64,000 nucleotides of DNA from Eledone cirrhosa (lineage: Eukaryota): the NCBI GenBank assembly GCA_964016885.1, contig OZ024744.1:99944001-100008000 (forward strand), given 5' to 3'. A program made the translations under genes and the position numbers. Shown here piece after piece: positions 62,501 to 64,000 of this stretch. The notes under the pieces were generated by a model. It made no database searches, was not told where the DNA came from, and worked only from the letters and a program-made list of their open reading frames with translations. The first letter of the stretch is position 1, and each line of letters begins with the position of its first letter.

Positions 62501-64000
62501 GTAAAGAGACAATAGATGGTGGTAGTTGTAGCAGTGTAAAACAGGGTGGTGGGCATGGTTGGAGAGCTGTAAAGAAACAATAGATGGTGGTAGTTGTAGT
62601 ACTGTAAACCAGGGTGGTGGGCAGGGTTGGAGAGCTGTAAAGAGACAGTAGAAGGTGGTAGTTGTAGCACTGTAAAACATGGTGGTGGGCATGGTTGGAG
62701 AGCTGTAAAGAGACAATAGATGGTGGTAGTTGAAGCACTGTAAAACAGGGTGGTGGGCATGGTTGGAGAGCTGTAAAGATAACAATAGATGGTGGTAGTT
62801 GTAGCACTGTAAAACAGGGTGGTGGGCATGGTTGGAGAGCTGTAAAGAGACAGAGAAGGTGGGAGTTGTAGCACTGTAAGACAGGGTGGTGGGCATGGTT
62901 GGAGAGCTGTAAAGAAACAATAGAAGGTGGGAGTTGTAGCACTGTAAAACAGGGTGGTGGGCATGGTTGGAGAGCTGTAAAGAGACAATAGATGGTGGTA
63001 GTTGTAGCACTGTAAAACAGGGTGGTGGGCATGGTTCGAGAGCTGTAAAGAGACAATAGAAGGTGGTAGTTGTAGCACTGTAAAACAGGGTGGTGGGCAT
63101 GGTTGGAGAGCTGTAAAGAGACAATAGATGGTGGTAGTTGTAGCACTGTAAAACAGGGTGGTGGGCATGGTTGGAGAGCTGTAAAGAGACAATAGATGGT
63201 GGTAGTTGTAGCACTGTAAAACAGGGCGGTGGGCATGGTTGGAGAGCTGTAAAGAAAAAGTAGAAGGTGGTAGTTGTAGCAGTGTAAAACAGGGTGGTGG
63301 GCATGGTTGGAGAGCTGTAAAGAGACAATAGATGGTGGCAGTTGTAGCAGTGTAAAACATGGTGGTGGGCATGGTTGGAGCGCTGTAAAGAGACAATAGA
63401 TGGTGGTAGTTGTAGCAGTGTAAAACAGGGTGGTGGGCATGGTTGGAGAGCTGTAAAGAGACAATAGATGGTGGTAGTTGTAGCACTGTAAACAGGGTGG
63501 TGGGCATGGTTGGAGAGCTGTAAAGAGACAGTAGATGGTAGTAGTTGTAGCACTGTAAAACATGGTGGTGGGCATGGTTGGAGAGCTGTAAAGAAACAAT
63601 AGAAGGTGGTAGTTGTAGCACTGGAAAACAGGGTGGTGGGCATGGTTGGAGAGCTGTAAAGATACAATAGAAGGTGGTAGTTGTAGCACTGTAAAACATG
63701 GTGGTGGGCATGGTTGGAGAGCTGTAAAGAAACAATAGAAGGTTGTAGTTGTAGCACTGTAAAACAGGGTGGTGGGCATGGTTGGAGAGCTGTAAAGAAA
63801 CAATAGATGGTGGGAGTTGTAACACTGTAAATCAGGGTGGTGGGCATGGTTGGAGAGCTGTAAAGAAACAATAGAAGGTGGTAGTTGTAGCACTGTAAAA
63901 CAGGGTGGTGGGCATGGTTGGAGAGCTGTAAAGAGACAATAGATGGTGGGAGTTGTAGCACTGTAAAACAGGGTGGTGGGCATGGTTGGAGAGCTGTAAA
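35600..64000. repeat. Right-hand domain: cyclic arrangement of three HOR subtypes (super-period about 62-67 monomers)
   Basis: The marker ggaacagtag lies at 36580, 40935, 45153, 57063 and 61622. Spacings are 4355 (64 x 68 + 3), 4218 (62 x 68 + 2) and 4559 (67 x 68 + 3), and the remainders match the number of +1 monomers in each interval. Confidence 0.7.
46249..50521. repeat. Near-exact tandem duplication of a 31-monomer block (period 2110 bp)
   Basis: tggtagtagt 46321/48431, TCA variant 46685/48795, private gtggttgg (gggcgtgg) 47311/49421 and gtagtttggtgc 47891/50001 are all offset by 2110 = 31 x 68 + 2. One difference noticed (tagaatgtgg near 50061). Confidence 0.9.

Larger units (their letters stand above)
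1..64000. repeat. 68-bp tandem satellite/expanded minisatellite array, about 940 head-to-tail monomers, running off both ends of the window
   Basis: Bases 1-68 (aagagacagtagatggtggtagttgtagcactgtaaaacagggtggtgggcatggttggagagctgta) recur from base 69 and continue in the same orientation to base 64000, with only a few substitutions per copy and rare 1-3 bp indels. Consensus composition is A20 G26 C6 T16 (47% GC, no CpG), with one AGCT and one CATG per monomer. Confidence 0.99.

Noticed and set aside
922-63983. The long minus-strand ORFs as real CDSs (e.g. 5265-24026, 46685-63961)
   Set aside because: They overlap in all three frames, encode the same cyclic peptide and have no unique N- or C-terminal domain. 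They start and stop at recurrent repeat variants, and the repeat length is not a multiple of 3.
1-64000. CRISPR array (period of about 68 bp resembles repeat plus spacer)
   Set aside because: There are no unique spacers: the variable part differs only at a few SNP sites, and there is no leader or cas gene.
1-64000. Telomeric repeat or embedded mobile element
   Set aside because: There is no short TTAGGG-type unit, and I saw no insertion, terminal repeat, inversion or non-repeat DNA.

Overview
The whole 64-kb window is one uninterrupted, head-to-tail, single-orientation tandem array of a 68-bp monomer (about 940 copies). The consensus is AAGA[G/A]ACA[A/G]TAGA[T/A]GGTGG[T/G]AGTTGTAGCACTGTAAAACAGGGTGGTGGGCATGGTTGGAGAGCTGTA. 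I saw no unique DNA, transposon, RNA gene, CRISPR spacer or credible gene. The very long minus-strand ORFs arise because the monomer has no stop codon in any minus frame and 68 is not a multiple of 3. The structure is hierarchical: a ~34-bp ancestral half-unit, the 68-bp monomer, a ~25-26-monomer (~1.7-1.8 kb) higher-order repeat (HOR) marked by a fixed order of rare variants, and in the right half a ~4.2-4.6-kb cycle of three diverged HOR subtypes. Recent in-register duplications and deletions overlay this, and private variants form three spatial domains. The architecture looks like eukaryotic satellite or expanded minisatellite DNA, but I cannot assign a species or named family. All positions and counts were read by hand and should be confirmed computationally.
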